64,000 nt of DNA from Terriglobia bacterium (GCA_963664115.2 CAXWPJ010000009.1:192001-256000); one strand, 5' to 3'. Positions 8,544 through 19,439 are shown, counted from the first letter of the stretch. Program-made: numbers and translations. The notes: generated by a model from the sequence alone, not told the origin.

Positions 8544-10240
8544 TAGCACACGCAGGAGCGATCCCTGGACTCCGCCCTCCATCTCTCCAACCTCGTCCAG
8601 GAAAAGCGTCCCTCCATCCGCAATCTCAAGCTTGCCTTTTCGTTTCACCGCCCCAGTGAAGGCTCCCGGCTCGCTTCCAAAGAGTTCAGTTTCGACGAGT
8701 TCGCGTTTCAGGCTTGCGCAATTGAGGTCGACGAAAGGTTTGTCTGACCGGCGACTCGCATTGTGGATGGCCCTAGCAACAAGCTCCTTTCCGCTGCCTG
8801 TCTCTCCGCGTATCAACACCGTCGCGCCCGTGTCGGCGACTTTGGAAATCGCTGCCCTAACGCGCGCAATAGGCTTGCTGTCACCCAACATGTTGTGGTC
8901 GATCTGTTCCCCTTCCTTGTACTCCCGGTCTGCCATTTCCAGTAGCTGCACATTGCTCAAAGTCGCCTTAACGATTCCCGCAATTCCCACCACCAATTCC
9001 AGGTCCTCCTCGTCGATCGCTCCTGCCTTTCTGGAATCAATATAGATGATTCCGCTCACCTTCCCCGAGTGACAGATTGGAACGCACAACAGTGACTGGA
9101 TTCCCGGCGCCTGTATACTTTCAGCTTCTTTGAGTCGCTGGTCCCCGATCACTTCCTTGCATACGACGCCTTCCTGCTTCTCTAAAACCCGATGTACAAC
9201 AGTGCGGCTGACAGAAAGTGGATCTCGCGTGCCGGGAACCTGTCGAGCACACTTGAAGGAAAACTCTCTGCTGCCGGTGGGACCGTGAGGATCCATCATG
9301 ATCGCTCCACGCTCCGCTTCGGTTGCGGTCAAAATCAAGTCCAGCAGTTGTTGGCTGAGGTCATCGATATCCGTAAATCGTCCCAACAACTGACTGACCT
9401 GAAGCAAGACCTCAAGATCTCCCACCACTCGTCCCCCGACTGACGGCGCCCTCCCGAGCTTCTCAGGTCGAAGATATTTCGAATCCTCGGACCCTAGGCG
9501 AGACATGGAACGGGTATCCTCATCCGTCAGGTTGGGGTCCTCTTCGATCCGAACTTGGGTCGAAAGTTCTTCGGTTTCCTGGACAAAGAAGCCAAGAACG
9601 GATCGGCCAACTCGTACCTGATCGCCATGTTGAAGGGGATGCTCTCGAACAGGGAGTCCGTTTACAAAGGTTTGGTTATAGCTGTTCAAGTCGCGAATGG
9701 AGAATTCACCGTCCGCAGTTCTCAGAATAAGGCAGTGTCGCCTCGACACCAAATCATCGTCCAAGGCCACCGCGTTCGCGTCTGTTCGCCCAAGCGACGT
9801 CTCGTTTCTCGTCAGATCCACTACGGATCCAGCCAGAGGCCCCGATATTCGAACGAGTCTCGGTTTCATCTCGGGTTTCCCGTAACTAATAGTCGATCAG
9901 CAAAATTTGCTTCGTCCTAAAATCAGATCCTACACCCGCACAAACATTTCGGCGATAGCTCGATTATCTCAATGTCATCCCAAATTATGCGTCCGCGCTT
10001 ACTAATCCGTTGGCCCCATTAAGAGAGTCCCACGTATAGGTTTCGCGTGAAACAAAAAAAGGCTGGCCGGTTTTCCATTGTCGCGGGCGGCGCTGCGGCA
10101 AGCAAAGATCCCACTATGCGGCTGAGGTTAGGACCGACGCCGATCGCCTGCCGCATGAAGAAACTCGGCATTCATGATCGTCACCCCCGGCAGACAGCCG
10201 GTGGGCCAGCCGTCGCATGTTGAGACAGCAAGCTGAGGCC

Positions 10241-10552
10241 TCAGCCCAGAGTCGCGTCGAGGTTTACCACGTCTTCGTCGCCGATGACTTCCGCGCTGTG
10301 GACCATCCCGCCTGGAATGGCGACGGAGTCGCCTGCTTCCAGAATGACGCTCTCACCGAGCACGGTTACGCGAAAGCGACCGGACAGAACCCCATCGATC
10401 TTATCGATGTCGTGCGTGTGATCCGGAAAGTACGTCCCGGGCGGATAGACATAGCGCGAAACAAGAAATCCACGATTCTCCAGGCTGTCCCGCATGGCCG
10501 CCTCAGTCAGCGGTCCGTCCTGATCGGCGTCCCATTTTTCTATCCGTATCAT
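10241..10552 (-). CDS. Cupin domain protein
   Basis: PDHTH...GDSVAIPGGMVHSAEVIG cupin motifs. Start position uncertain. Confidence 0.8.
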   Translation of the reverse strand: MIRIEKWDADQDGPLTEAAMRDSLENRGFLVSRYVYPPGTYFPDHTHDIDKIDGVLSGRFRVTVLGESVILEAGDSVAIPGGMVHSAEVIGDEDVVNLDATLG

Positions 10553-10762
10553 CAGTGCAAGCAGCTTCCTGGAAATGCCTTGGGATTTTCTGTTACTTAA
10601 TTTCTCGATGTCATCGAATAAAAAGGCGGTTGCCGTCTGAGTCGCCTGCACCTTGGGCTCCGAGCGGCGAGCAGGAACAAGAACTCCCGAAAACCGCTGG
10701 CCGCTGATTTCGGCTCCAGGCTGACGTACTCGGGTCGCCTCTATTTAACCATCCATATATTA

Positions 10763-11659
10763 CTACTTAAAAAACTTTCGAATCACGTCACGACCATCAG
10801 AATCCACGGATGGAACCAAGCCAGGGAACGATCTCGATTGAATCGGAAAGAGCCATCCCATCACAAGATGGTAGAGGGCAAACAACTCCAGCGAGAAGGG
10901 AACATAACCACCATATCCGAGGATCGGCATCTCAAACAGATGGAAGTAATCGAGGAAAGGAATCTGGTACGTCCATTTCGGATAGGACAGATAGTTCCAC
11001 ATCTCCCAAAAAAAGCCGCAGATCAGACACCCTAGACCCAGCGAAACAACAGGCCGCCAGTCCCCTTCCGCTATCGATCGCAAAATTGATCGGTGGCCCA
11101 GCGCGTCGTTGATTGGATCAACGATGAAGAACACTGACAACCAAACCAATGGGAAAAAGTACAAAGGCCAAACGAGTAAGCAAACCAACATAGCGATACC
11201 GGTGGCAGTAATTCCAAGATGGGCGCCACGTCCGATCGCGATCGAACCCATTGCCGGAAACTTCTGAACCCACCCAAGGCTGCTCACCCATTCTGCAGTC
11301 CCAAACACCGCGGGAATCACGGTCGAAAAACTCAAAGATGCCCAGAAAAAATACTCGAGATCGGTGAATTCGGCCCGCCCTTCATAGATCCAGTTACCGG
11401 TTCGCGCATTAATGAGCTCGAAGATCCACCAGGTCGGAGCGGATACTAAAAACAGGCCCAGATACTGACCCCGGCTCCGTGTCCACAACGACGTTCCCAG
11501 GCGCCGATAAGTCCACGCGTCGACGGTGATGCAGTAACCCAGCCAAAGCGGAAAAAACCCCCACTGCGTTCTCAGTTCGGAGAGCGACCAGTTCAGGGTC
11601 CAAAACACGGCAACTAGAACCAGACCGATCGTTCCCCGTAAAGGCCATCTCCTGATCAT
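10763..11659 (-). CDS. Hypothetical integral membrane protein
   Basis: 298 aa, multiple transmembrane helices, internally repeated W-x-x-[FW]E-x-x-N...W-x-Y motif. Confidence 0.8.
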   Translation of the reverse strand: MIRRWPLRGTIGLVLVAVFWTLNWSLSELRTQWGFFPLWLGYCITVDAWTYRRLGTSLWTRSRGQYLGLFLVSAPTWWIFELINARTGNWIYEGRAEFTDLEYFFWASLSFSTVIPAVFGTAEWVSSLGWVQKFPAMGSIAIGRGAHLGITATGIAMLVCLLVWPLYFFPLVWLSVFFIVDPINDALGHRSILRSIAEGDWRPVVSLGLGCLICGFFWEMWNYLSYPKWTYQIPFLDYFHLFEMPILGYGGYVPFSLELFALYHLVMGWLFPIQSRSFPGLVPSVDSDGRDVIRKFFK

Positions 11660-11974
11660 GTCAAATCACTCTCGGCTGGAGGCCGGCGTCAGGGTACAGG
11701 CGGTAATCGAGTTGCTCACATCGATTGGTCAACATCGTCCAATCCCCCGCTGGCTCGGCCGCACGTAACTTTCACCCACTCCCAAACGTATTCAATAGCT
11801 TGGGGACGATAGCCTCGAGGCCTCATCCCCCGGGACGGGACCCGTAAACGCAAGAAATTGATTCCTTAGGTCTCACAATCGACTGTGACCGCCATAAACC
11901 CTTCAGTGGGAATATACTAGTAGGTTTGGCACGGCCTCATACACTGAAACAGGGACTTCAAACTTACTAAAAAT

Positions 11975-14229
11975 ATGATAAGAACCCGACCGATCGCCCT
12001 TCTGCTACTACTCCTTATCTTTTTCGGACAGACGACACCCCAGGCCACCGCGCAAGAAGGTCTCACCGGCTTCGAAGACCGCCGCGTCATGGTCGCAGCA
12101 CGCCTTGAGCCCGGCGAAAACATAGATCTCGACGGTATTCTGGACGAGGCTGCCTGGGAACGGGCCGAACCGGCCGCCGACTTTGTTCAGATCGACCCCG
12201 ACAACGGGGCGCCGCCAACCGAACCCACCGAGGTATACATCCTCTTCAGTGAAAACAGCATGTATATGGGAGTCGTCGCGTATGACTCCGAACCGGACGA
12301 GCTCAGAGGCAACACAATGCTTCGCGACGAATTTTTGGGGGCTGATGATCGATTCATGTGGGTCTTCGATACGTATCTGGATGAACGCACCGGATACTTC
12401 TTCGAAATGAACCCGTCGGGAGCCATGGGCGATAGCCTGATCGGCGGTGCTGGTGGTGGCGGTGGATTTGGCGGCGGTGGTGCCCGCGCCTGGGACGGCA
12501 TCTGGGACGCTCAGGTGCGCCGGAGCGAAATCGGCTGGGTCATTGAGATCGAAATGCCGTTCCGGACGCTGAACTTCGACCCGAACGCACAGGCCTGGGG
12601 CATCAATTTCCAACGAACGGTCCGCCGAAAGAACGAAGAAACCATCTGGAACGGATATCAGCGGGACAGTGGGGGCCTGCGGCGGATGTCGAATGCCGGA
12701 CTGATCGTCGGCATGTCGGAAATCAGCCAGGGCGTCGGCCTGGACGTCAGGCCCTACTTGACAGGACGGGCGAAGTCGTCTCCGGGTCGCGGGACCGATA
12801 CCACCTACACGGGAGATACAGGTATTGATTTCGTGTACAACGTGACACCGAGCCTCCGAGCCAACTTTACGGTCAACACTGATTTTGCGGAAACAGAGGT
12901 TGATGACCGGCAAGTGAACCTGACACGATTTTCTCTCCGATTCCCGGAAAAGCGGGAGTTCTTCCTCGAAGGCAGCAATTTCTTCTCCTTCTCCGGTTTC
13001 GGTGATGCGTTCTTCAGCCGCCGGATCGGCCTGAACAACGGTCAACCCCAGCGCATCGACTACGGAGCCAAACTCACTGGGCAAGCCGGAGCTCACGATA
13101 TCGGTGTACTGCAGGTTCGTACGGCTCAGGACGTGTCTCGGGAGGCGACATTCTGGGCGAGGACTTCACTGTATTCAGGGGAACGCGGCGCTTGTTCACC
13201 GAATCCCACGTTGGGATGATCTACACCCGTCGCAGCACCCGCGAAGGCCAGGTCACGGACCCGACCCTCGTTGCCGGACCCGCGCTTCAAACCACAGGGT
13301 TCGATCTCAATCTTTCCACGCGGCGCTTCATGGGGGACAAGAATCTCTCCTTCAATTCGCACTACGTAACAACGACGAATCCGGACGATACCGGAAAGAA
13401 CGGGCGTTATGGCGCGTCGCTCACTTATTTCAACGACCTGTGGGCCGGCAGGCTCGGCATGACCGAAACTCAGGAGAACTTTGACCCTGCGCTGGGTTTC
13501 GTCAACCGAACAGGGATCAAGCAGTACGATTCCTTTGTTCGCTTTGCTCCCCGTCCCGAAAACCACCCTGTGATTCGGCAGTTCGAGTGGAACGTAGGCT
13601 ACAGACAGATAAGTGACAGCCGGAACGTCATGTTGTCGCAGAGAATTAATTTCGGCGTCTTCCAGATGAACTTTCATTCTGGAGACAGAATTGGCATTGA
13701 CCTCACAAGAGAGTTCGAAAGGCTCGAGGAAGATTTCGAAATGGGCCCGAACGATACCGTTGTTCTGGCAGCGGGAAACCAATATCGGTACAACAGATAC
13801 GAGATCGAATGGGGAATGAGCGGCCAGCGGCCCATCGCTCTTGGAGGAGAGTTCCGCGGGGGCAATTACTTCAGTGGGACTCGCCGCGATTTCCAGCCGC
13901 GTCTGTCCATCCGGCCTAGAAACGGCCTGGTCATCAGCCTAAGCAACGAATGGACGCGTATCGAACTGCCTGAGGGTAGCTTCTCGGTCAGCGTTTTTGA
14001 GGCCAACGTGGGCGCCCAGTTCAGTCCCTGGATATCAATAGCCAACAGTATCCAATACGATAACGAAAGCCGAAACCTGGGTTGGCAGGCCCGATTCCGC
14101 TGGATCCTAAATCCCGGCAACGATCTCTATCTGGTCTACAACCACAACTGGTTGAGCGACCCGGCCGGAGGATTGACCACCCTAGATCGACAGCTCGCGT
14201 CCAAGTTGGTATACACCCATCGTTTCTAG
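11975..14229 (+). pseudogene. CBM9-like + DUF5916 outer-membrane protein with one frameshift near 13140
   Basis: Signal peptide, IDLDGILDEAAW, NTDFAETEVD..VNLTRF..FPEKREFFLEG, C-terminal YTHRF. Two ORFs join if GGG at 13140-13142 is GGGG. May be a sequencing error. Confidence 0.8.
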
Positions 14230-14292
14230 AACCCCTCAAATTAGGGCAAGACGCTGTTATTCCGATGTCCGGGTGCGGTAGGGTTGGAGGCC

Positions 14293-14688
14293 ATGAAAAA
14301 GCTCGAAAAAACAGAAGAGAAATGGCGGGAGGCACTGACACCGGAGCAGTACAGGGTCTGCCGTGAGAAAGGCACCGAACCTCCATTCACCGGGAAGTAT
14401 CACGACTCGAAGGAGGCTGGAATCTATCACTGCGTCTGCTGCGGCAACGAACTTTTTGAATCGGAAACCAAATTCGATTCGGGAACAGGATGGCCCAGCT
14501 TCTATCAGGCGATCTCGGACGAGAAAGTCGCGACCGAGGAAGACAACAATTACGGCATGCGTCGCACGGAGGCCGTCTGTAAGGCCTGCGGCGCCCATCT
14601 CGGGCACGTTTTCCCCGATGGGCCGCAGCCGACCGGGCTCCGCTATTGCATCAACTCCGCCGCTTTAAATCTGGACAAGAAAGAATAA
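14293..14688 (+). CDS. msrB: Peptide-methionine (R)-S-oxide reductase
   Basis: [42 protein letters not shown]. Confidence 0.97.
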   Translation: MKKLEKTEEKWREALTPEQYRVCREKGTEPPFTGKYHDSKEAGIYHCVCCGNELFESETKFDSGTGWPSFYQAISDEKVATEEDNNYGMRRTEAVCKACGAHLGHVFPDGPQPTGLRYCINSAALNLDKKE

Positions 14689-14736
14689 GACGTGCATTGA
14701 GAGGCACTGAGGCCAAGGGAATTCGATTTCCGTTTC

Positions 14737-14821
14737 TTAACACGAAGACACGAAGGGCACGAAGAACGTAGATATATATTTTCTTCGGATACCTTCGTTG
14801 ACTTCGCGTCTTCGTGTTGAA
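14737..14821. repeat. Palindromic CACGAAG-unit intergenic repeat (REP-like hairpin)
   Basis: AACACGAAGACACGAAGGGCACGAAG ... CTTCGTTGACTTCGCGTCTTCGTGTT between convergent genes. Confidence 0.75.
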
Positions 14822-14857
14822 TCTTTAATCTTCGGCTCTTGCTCTGCGGCTTTATGT

Positions 14858-15418
14858 CTATTGGTCTTCCAGTTCCGGACTGTCGGCTGTGGCCGGTTGG
14901 CCCAGCGCCCACCGGATAATTCCCGTCGAGTCGACGAAGAAAGATCGCTTGGATTCCATATCAGATGCAGGTTCCGCCATCAGGCTATAGGCGTCTGCAC
15001 TGGGACTGCCTCTCATGCGTATCCTGTAACCATTGTCGTCGAGCGATGGGTCCGTTTCCAGCGACAGCTCCTGGACCAATTCCTCTAAGGTCAGTGCGTA
15101 TCGACGGCGGAGCATCATGAAAGTGGCCTGGGCCAGGCTGATATCCCTGACGGCTTGAAGTCCCTGAGCCTCACTGGCACTCCGCACTTCGGCGAGCAAC
15201 AACTCCGCAGCAGCCGCGTTTGGACTTGTGGCGAAGCTCGAGATGATGTTTTCGAGAATGCGTTCGCTTTCTCCGAGTTGGCCGGCTTCGTTCGCGGCAA
15301 CCGCCTGATCGTACATTCGGGACGGATCATCGGCAGGCTCGAGTGCCCCACCATCCCCACCCGCACAAGCGAACAAAACCGTACAGAGCAAAAGTGCGAT
15401 CGTAAGTTTTCTCATCAC
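14858..15418 (-). CDS. Lipoprotein with TPR-like hairpin and pilin-like C-terminal domain
   Basis: Lipobox LFAC, helical segment, then AQATF...YALTLEEL...GYRI...RSFFVDSTGIIR. Confidence 0.7.
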   Translation of the reverse strand: MMRKLTIALLLCTVLFACAGGDGGALEPADDPSRMYDQAVAANEAGQLGESERILENIISSFATSPNAAAAELLLAEVRSASEAQGLQAVRDISLAQATFMMLRRRYALTLEELVQELSLETDPSLDDNGYRIRMRGSPSADAYSLMAEPASDMESKRSFFVDSTGIIRWALGQPATADSPELEDQ

Positions 15419-15454
15419 ATGCCTCGGATCAACAGGGAATTAGATTGGCGACAT

Positions 15455-16654
15455 TCATGATCGGAGAGTAAATCCGACCACGATGGGATCGTGGTCCGAC
15501 AGCGGCGGTTCTCTTGCTGTCATCCCCTCCAGGATAGCTGGGGTCTGCTCCGGATCATTCGCATCCACTTCAATTCCTTTGCCGGCAAACCAATCCAGTT
15601 TGAGGGAGCAGCGTCCTCCCTCTTTTGCCAATGCCCAATTGATAAACCAAAAGCACCACCGCGGAATCCATTCACCCATGTTCTTGTTTGCCGCAAGGTC
15701 TCGGATCGAATAGTGCAGGGTACATCCACCTGCTACGTTGAGATCCCGGTAGTTATAACCGCGATCTTCAAGTTCCCGAAACAGATGCCGTTCGAACCAT
15801 CGGTCAGGGTAGGGGTAATGCCGTTTGAGCACACCCCGGATTCCCATCAACACGCGCCGGACATATCCAAGAATAGAATATAAAGCGCGCCGGGCATCGT
15901 GCGTCGTCGTGTTCCAGTCCCCGCCAATGAGGACCGGCAGCCGGGGTTCGAGGCCATCCAGATGATCCAGCAGTAAGCGCATCTGACTATGCCGGTGGCG
16001 TTGGGACGAGTGGGCGTCCATATGCAACGCCACTACTTGAAACTTCCCAAGCGGGTGTTCGACGTCGGCAATGATGGCACGCTGAGAACCGAGACGCTTT
16101 TCCCGACCAACCATCTTGTCCTTCCCGTTCGGTAGCGCCAGCGTGTGCGCGCCCAGCAGCGGGTATCGGGACATGATCGCATTGCCATGGAGAGCCAGCG
16201 TATTCTCCCCCTCCGCCTCGGCTTCGACTCCCGCGCCTTTGTTGAGCGCCAGGTAACACGGCGCAAACACGAAATGAACGCCCAGGCCGGCGGCAATCTC
16301 ACGAGCCACGTGGCGATTCCCTGTTCGCGCCATCCCATAGTCGACCTCCGTGAGCAGCCAAACGTCGCTTGAAGCCAATGTCGGATCGGTGCGAAGAGCC
16401 TCAAGGATGCCGTCGAGTTGAATCCCGCGCTCGATGTTCCAGGCTGCGATCCGGATTGGGCGGCGCGGCGGCGGTGTAACCGGCGGAAAGCTGCCGAGCT
16501 CGAGCCCACCCAGCACACGGTCCAACTCGGGTCTCAGCTCCTCGAAGAGCGGAGAGCCTGTACATGCATCGGTGGTTTCGAATCGAGCCAGATCCGCAAA
16601 GTAAGTTTGGAGATTGTGGTCCAGTGGAGACCGTGCGCGCGCGGATGTCGTCAT
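15455..16654 (-). CDS. Endonuclease/exonuclease/phosphatase family protein
   Basis: AWNIERG, LTEVD, GNAIMSRYP, GGDWNT, LDW, SDHDP motifs. Confidence 0.9.
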   Translation of the reverse strand: MTTSARARSPLDHNLQTYFADLARFETTDACTGSPLFEELRPELDRVLGGLELGSFPPVTPPPRRPIRIAAWNIERGIQLDGILEALRTDPTLASSDVWLLTEVDYGMARTGNRHVAREIAAGLGVHFVFAPCYLALNKGAGVEAEAEGENTLALHGNAIMSRYPLLGAHTLALPNGKDKMVGREKRLGSQRAIIADVEHPLGKFQVVALHMDAHSSQRHRHSQMRLLLDHLDGLEPRLPVLIGGDWNTTTHDARRALYSILGYVRRVLMGIRGVLKRHYPYPDRWFERHLFRELEDRGYNYRDLNVAGGCTLHYSIRDLAANKNMGEWIPRWCFWFINWALAKEGGRCSLKLDWFAGKGIEVDANDPEQTPAILEGMTAREPPLSDHDPIVVGFTLRS

Positions 16655-16948
16655 AGGCGTTTGGAACTGGGCCTTCTGCGGTCTGCTGATAACTCTTCCA
16701 TTACAGTCGTCGTAATACCTGCCTAGTCCCGAAAGACTAAATTAACAATGGTTTCAACGCATGTGAAGACACTACCCGATGTCCGTAAATGCGTTTCGAC
16801 AGTTTCGACACTCTACCCTTGATCCTGAACGGCATGGGTGTGATGCTTTAGCCCGCTTGCAATCTACCACAGCTGCCCGCGCGGTGATTTTCAGGTAGAC
16901 AAGCGGGCAATCTGCGGAAGCTAGAACTGCGATGATAGGGAAGGCCGC

Positions 16949-18724
16949 ATGACCCAACACATTCGGTTCGGGAGCTATAACCGTGAACTGAACATCCACC
17001 TGGACCAGATCAGCTATAACGAGATGATCCCGCCCGTCACCTACGATGCGGCCGGCAACGAACTCCCTCAAAAACCGGAAGCGCTCTCACTCGGTGCAGG
17101 AGATGTCTATCGTCTACTGCGCCCCTATCTTACTCTCAGGTTCATCGATCAGTTCAAGGCGGTGATGCCGCTAGCCTTGTATCTGGTGTTGTTCCAGCTT
17201 TTCATTCTGCGACAGGCGGTGCAGGATGCCTGGATTATTTCGATCGGCCTGCTCGCAGTCGTCATGGGTTTGATGCTGTTTATGGAGGGGTTAAAGGTCG
17301 GTTTGATGCCATTCGGGGAAACGCTCGGCATTTCGCTGCCGGCCAAGGCAACGCTCGCCACCGTAGTGGCCGTCGTGTTCTTGCTGGGCATAGGCGTCAC
17401 GTTTGCGGAACCTGCAATTGGCGCGCTACAGACAGCGGGCTCACTGGTCAGTGTGTCCCAGGCGCCCTATCTCTACACATTGCTGACGGACTGGGCGGGT
17501 ACGCTTGTACTCGCGGTTGGTATCGGAGTCGGACTTGCCGCCGTGCTCGGCACGATACGCCTCATCTTCGGATGGAGCCTGAAACCCCTGATCTACGTCA
17601 CGCTTGCACCGGTTTTGGCAATCAGCGCCTACATGGCGCTCGATCCGGAATTGTCTAAAGTTCTCGGCCTTGCTTTCGATTCTGGCGCGGTGACGACGGG
17701 ACCCGTCACCGTACCGCTGGTTTTGTCCCTGGGAATCGGCATTGCCCATGCGGCGGGTAAGGGAACGGACTCGTTGTCCGGCTTCGGTATCGTCACGCTC
17801 GCATCTCTTTTCCCCATTATCGCAGTGATGGGGCTCACGCTCTATGTCGCCGGGCAGACAGACCCGGAATCGATCCTCGCCGCCGCAAACGAACTCCAGG
17901 CCGAAACGAGTGAGCTGCCCTGGTATCAATTGACGCCGGCTGTGGAGGTCATTGGCGGCATCCGCGCCATCATCCCGCTGGTGGTTTTTCTTTTGCTGGT
18001 GTTGCTCGTGCTGCTCAGGGAGCGCTTGCCCAACCCGAAAATCATTGGATTCGGCATTCTGCTCTGTGTGCTCGGTATGTGTATCTTCAATCTGGGCCTA
18101 GGTTATGGTCTTTCGAAGTTGGGTGGACAGAGCGGCGGCTTGGTTCCCGCAGCGTTTACAAGCATACAGGGCGTGGACGGTTCGCCTTTGTATTTCCTGG
18201 CACTGGGACTCGGCATTGCCATCGGCTTTGCCTGGCTCCTGGGCTTTGGAGCCACGTTGGCTGAACCTGCGCTGAACGCATTGGGTATCACAGTTGAGAA
18301 CCTAACCAACGGGTCTTTCAGGAAGTCGACGCTGATGTATGCAGTGTCTGTCGGTGTGGGCTTTGGTGTCGCAATCGGCGTAGCGAAGAACATATTCGAC
18401 ATTCCAATGGCGTGGCTTTTGATTCCGGGTTACTTGATCGCGGCTGGATTGACCGCCTTATCGAGTGAAGAGTTCGTCAACATCGCCTGGGACAGTGCAG
18501 GCGTCACGACAGGGCCCGTGACGGTCCCTTTGGTTCTGGCGATGGGACTCGGGTTTGGCAATGCACTCGGGGCAATTGAGGGATTCGGTATCCTGTCCAT
18601 GGCGTCGATCGGTCCCATCATTGCAGTTCTTTCAACCGGTCTCTATATTCGCTGGAAAATTGCCCGAAGGCATGCAAGAGCTGAAGCGGAAGACTACGAG
18701 GAGCCCACGGGTGCCATGGTATGA
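16949..18724 (+). CDS. Tandem DUF1538 membrane protein (putative transporter)
   Basis: Two repeats, each with T-x-AEPA, DS-x-x-VTTGPVTVPLVL and GFGI motifs. Confidence 0.9.
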   Translation: MTQHIRFGSYNRELNIHLDQISYNEMIPPVTYDAAGNELPQKPEALSLGAGDVYRLLRPYLTLRFIDQFKAVMPLALYLVLFQLFILRQAVQDAWIISIGLLAVVMGLMLFMEGLKVGLMPFGETLGISLPAKATLATVVAVVFLLGIGVTFAEPAIGALQTAGSLVSVSQAPYLYTLLTDWAGTLVLAVGIGVGLAAVLGTIRLIFGWSLKPLIYVTLAPVLAISAYMALDPELSKVLGLAFDSGAVTTGPVTVPLVLSLGIGIAHAAGKGTDSLSGFGIVTLASLFPIIAVMGLTLYVAGQTDPESILAAANELQAETSELPWYQLTPAVEVIGGIRAIIPLVVFLLLVLLVLLRERLPNPKIIGFGILLCVLGMCIFNLGLGYGLSKLGGQSGGLVPAAFTSIQGVDGSPLYFLALGLGIAIGFAWLLGFGATLAEPALNALGITVENLTNGSFRKSTLMYAVSVGVGFGVAIGVAKNIFDIPMAWLLIPGYLIAAGLTALSSEEFVNIAWDSAGVTTGPVTVPLVLAMGLGFGNALGAIEGFGILSMASIGPIIAVLSTGLYIRWKIARRHARAEAEDYEEPTGAMV

Positions 18725-19098
18725 CTAGAGAACTTACGACACTCACAGATGTTTCGATGATCACGTGCATCGTCCAGCGCGGGAAAGCGGACCGCGTCAT
18801 CCAGGCCGCCCAAGATGCCGGGGCCCAGGGTGCGACGGTCTATTATGGTTACGGTAGCGGCGTTCGTGAGCGGTTGGGGATTCTCGGGCTCGCGATCGAA
18901 GTCGAAAAAGAAATCATCGTGACACTGGTTGCCGATGATCAGGTCGATCGTATTTTTGAGCGGATGTACTTCGCGGCTGAACTAGATGTACCTGGGAACG
19001 GCATTATCTATGTCACCAAACTCGATAAAGCCGCCACATACATCCCCAAGGAAATTATCGAGCGCCTAAACGCCAAGGTATCGGAGTCGGCCCGGTGA
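18721..19098 (+). CDS. PII-like signal protein
   Basis: TCIVQRGKA, GAQGATV..G.GSG, EKE, PGNGIIYV. 4-nt overlap with the upstream stop. Confidence 0.88.
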   Translation: MTRELTTLTDVSMITCIVQRGKADRVIQAAQDAGAQGATVYYGYGSGVRERLGILGLAIEVEKEIIVTLVADDQVDRIFERMYFAAELDVPGNGIIYVTKLDKAATYIPKEIIERLNAKVSESAR

Positions 19099-19439
19099 AG
19101 GGCATTATCGAAAATGCCAAGCTGATTACCTGCATCCTGCCAAAAGGAAAGGCGCAACTCGTCCAGAAGGCGTTGGTCGAAGAAAAGGGATTACACACTG
19201 CCAATTTTCACCATGGTCGTGGTGTTGGCAGCTTTTCACCCTTGACAGCCAGGGGTATGGGTGAGCAACAGGAAAAGGAGATTCTTGAAGTCAACGTGGC
19301 CGACGACAGGGCCGACGACCTATTCGAGTTCATGTTCTTCAAGGGCGAAATGGACCAGCCTCACGGCGGCATCATTTTCATGACCACCCTAGTCAATGGC
19401 ATGGGCATGGGTGTGCCGGACCTGTCGGGCGAAGGGTGA
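19095..19439 (+). CDS. Second, divergent PII-like protein
   Basis: ITCILPKGKA, HGRGVG, EKEIL, PHGGIIF. GTGA overlap with the previous gene. Confidence 0.82.
   Translation: MKGIIENAKLITCILPKGKAQLVQKALVEEKGLHTANFHHGRGVGSFSPLTARGMGEQQEKEILEVNVADDRADDLFEFMFFKGEMDQPHGGIIFMTTLVNGMGMGVPDLSGEG

Larger units (their letters stand above)
6779..9869 (-). pseudogene. FHA-GAF-AAA+-Fis HTH sigma-54 enhancer-binding protein split by IS630
   Basis: FHA ([20 protein letters not shown]), [22 protein letters not shown]. Removing the IS gives LLRVLETGQFQRVGG, then FREDLYHRL, WPGNIRQL and the HTH. Confidence 0.93.

Noticed and set aside
11927-11942. Sigma-54 promoter TGGCACG upstream of the DUF5916 gene
   Set aside because: The -24 box matches but the -12 position reads CATA rather than TTGC.
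12443-12482. GGC/GGT tandem repeat
   Set aside because: Encodes a Gly-rich loop within the CDS.
16685-16700. GCTGATAACTC resembling the 3' part of a fluoride riboswitch
   Set aside because: The required 5' GGxGATG...TTC element is absent.
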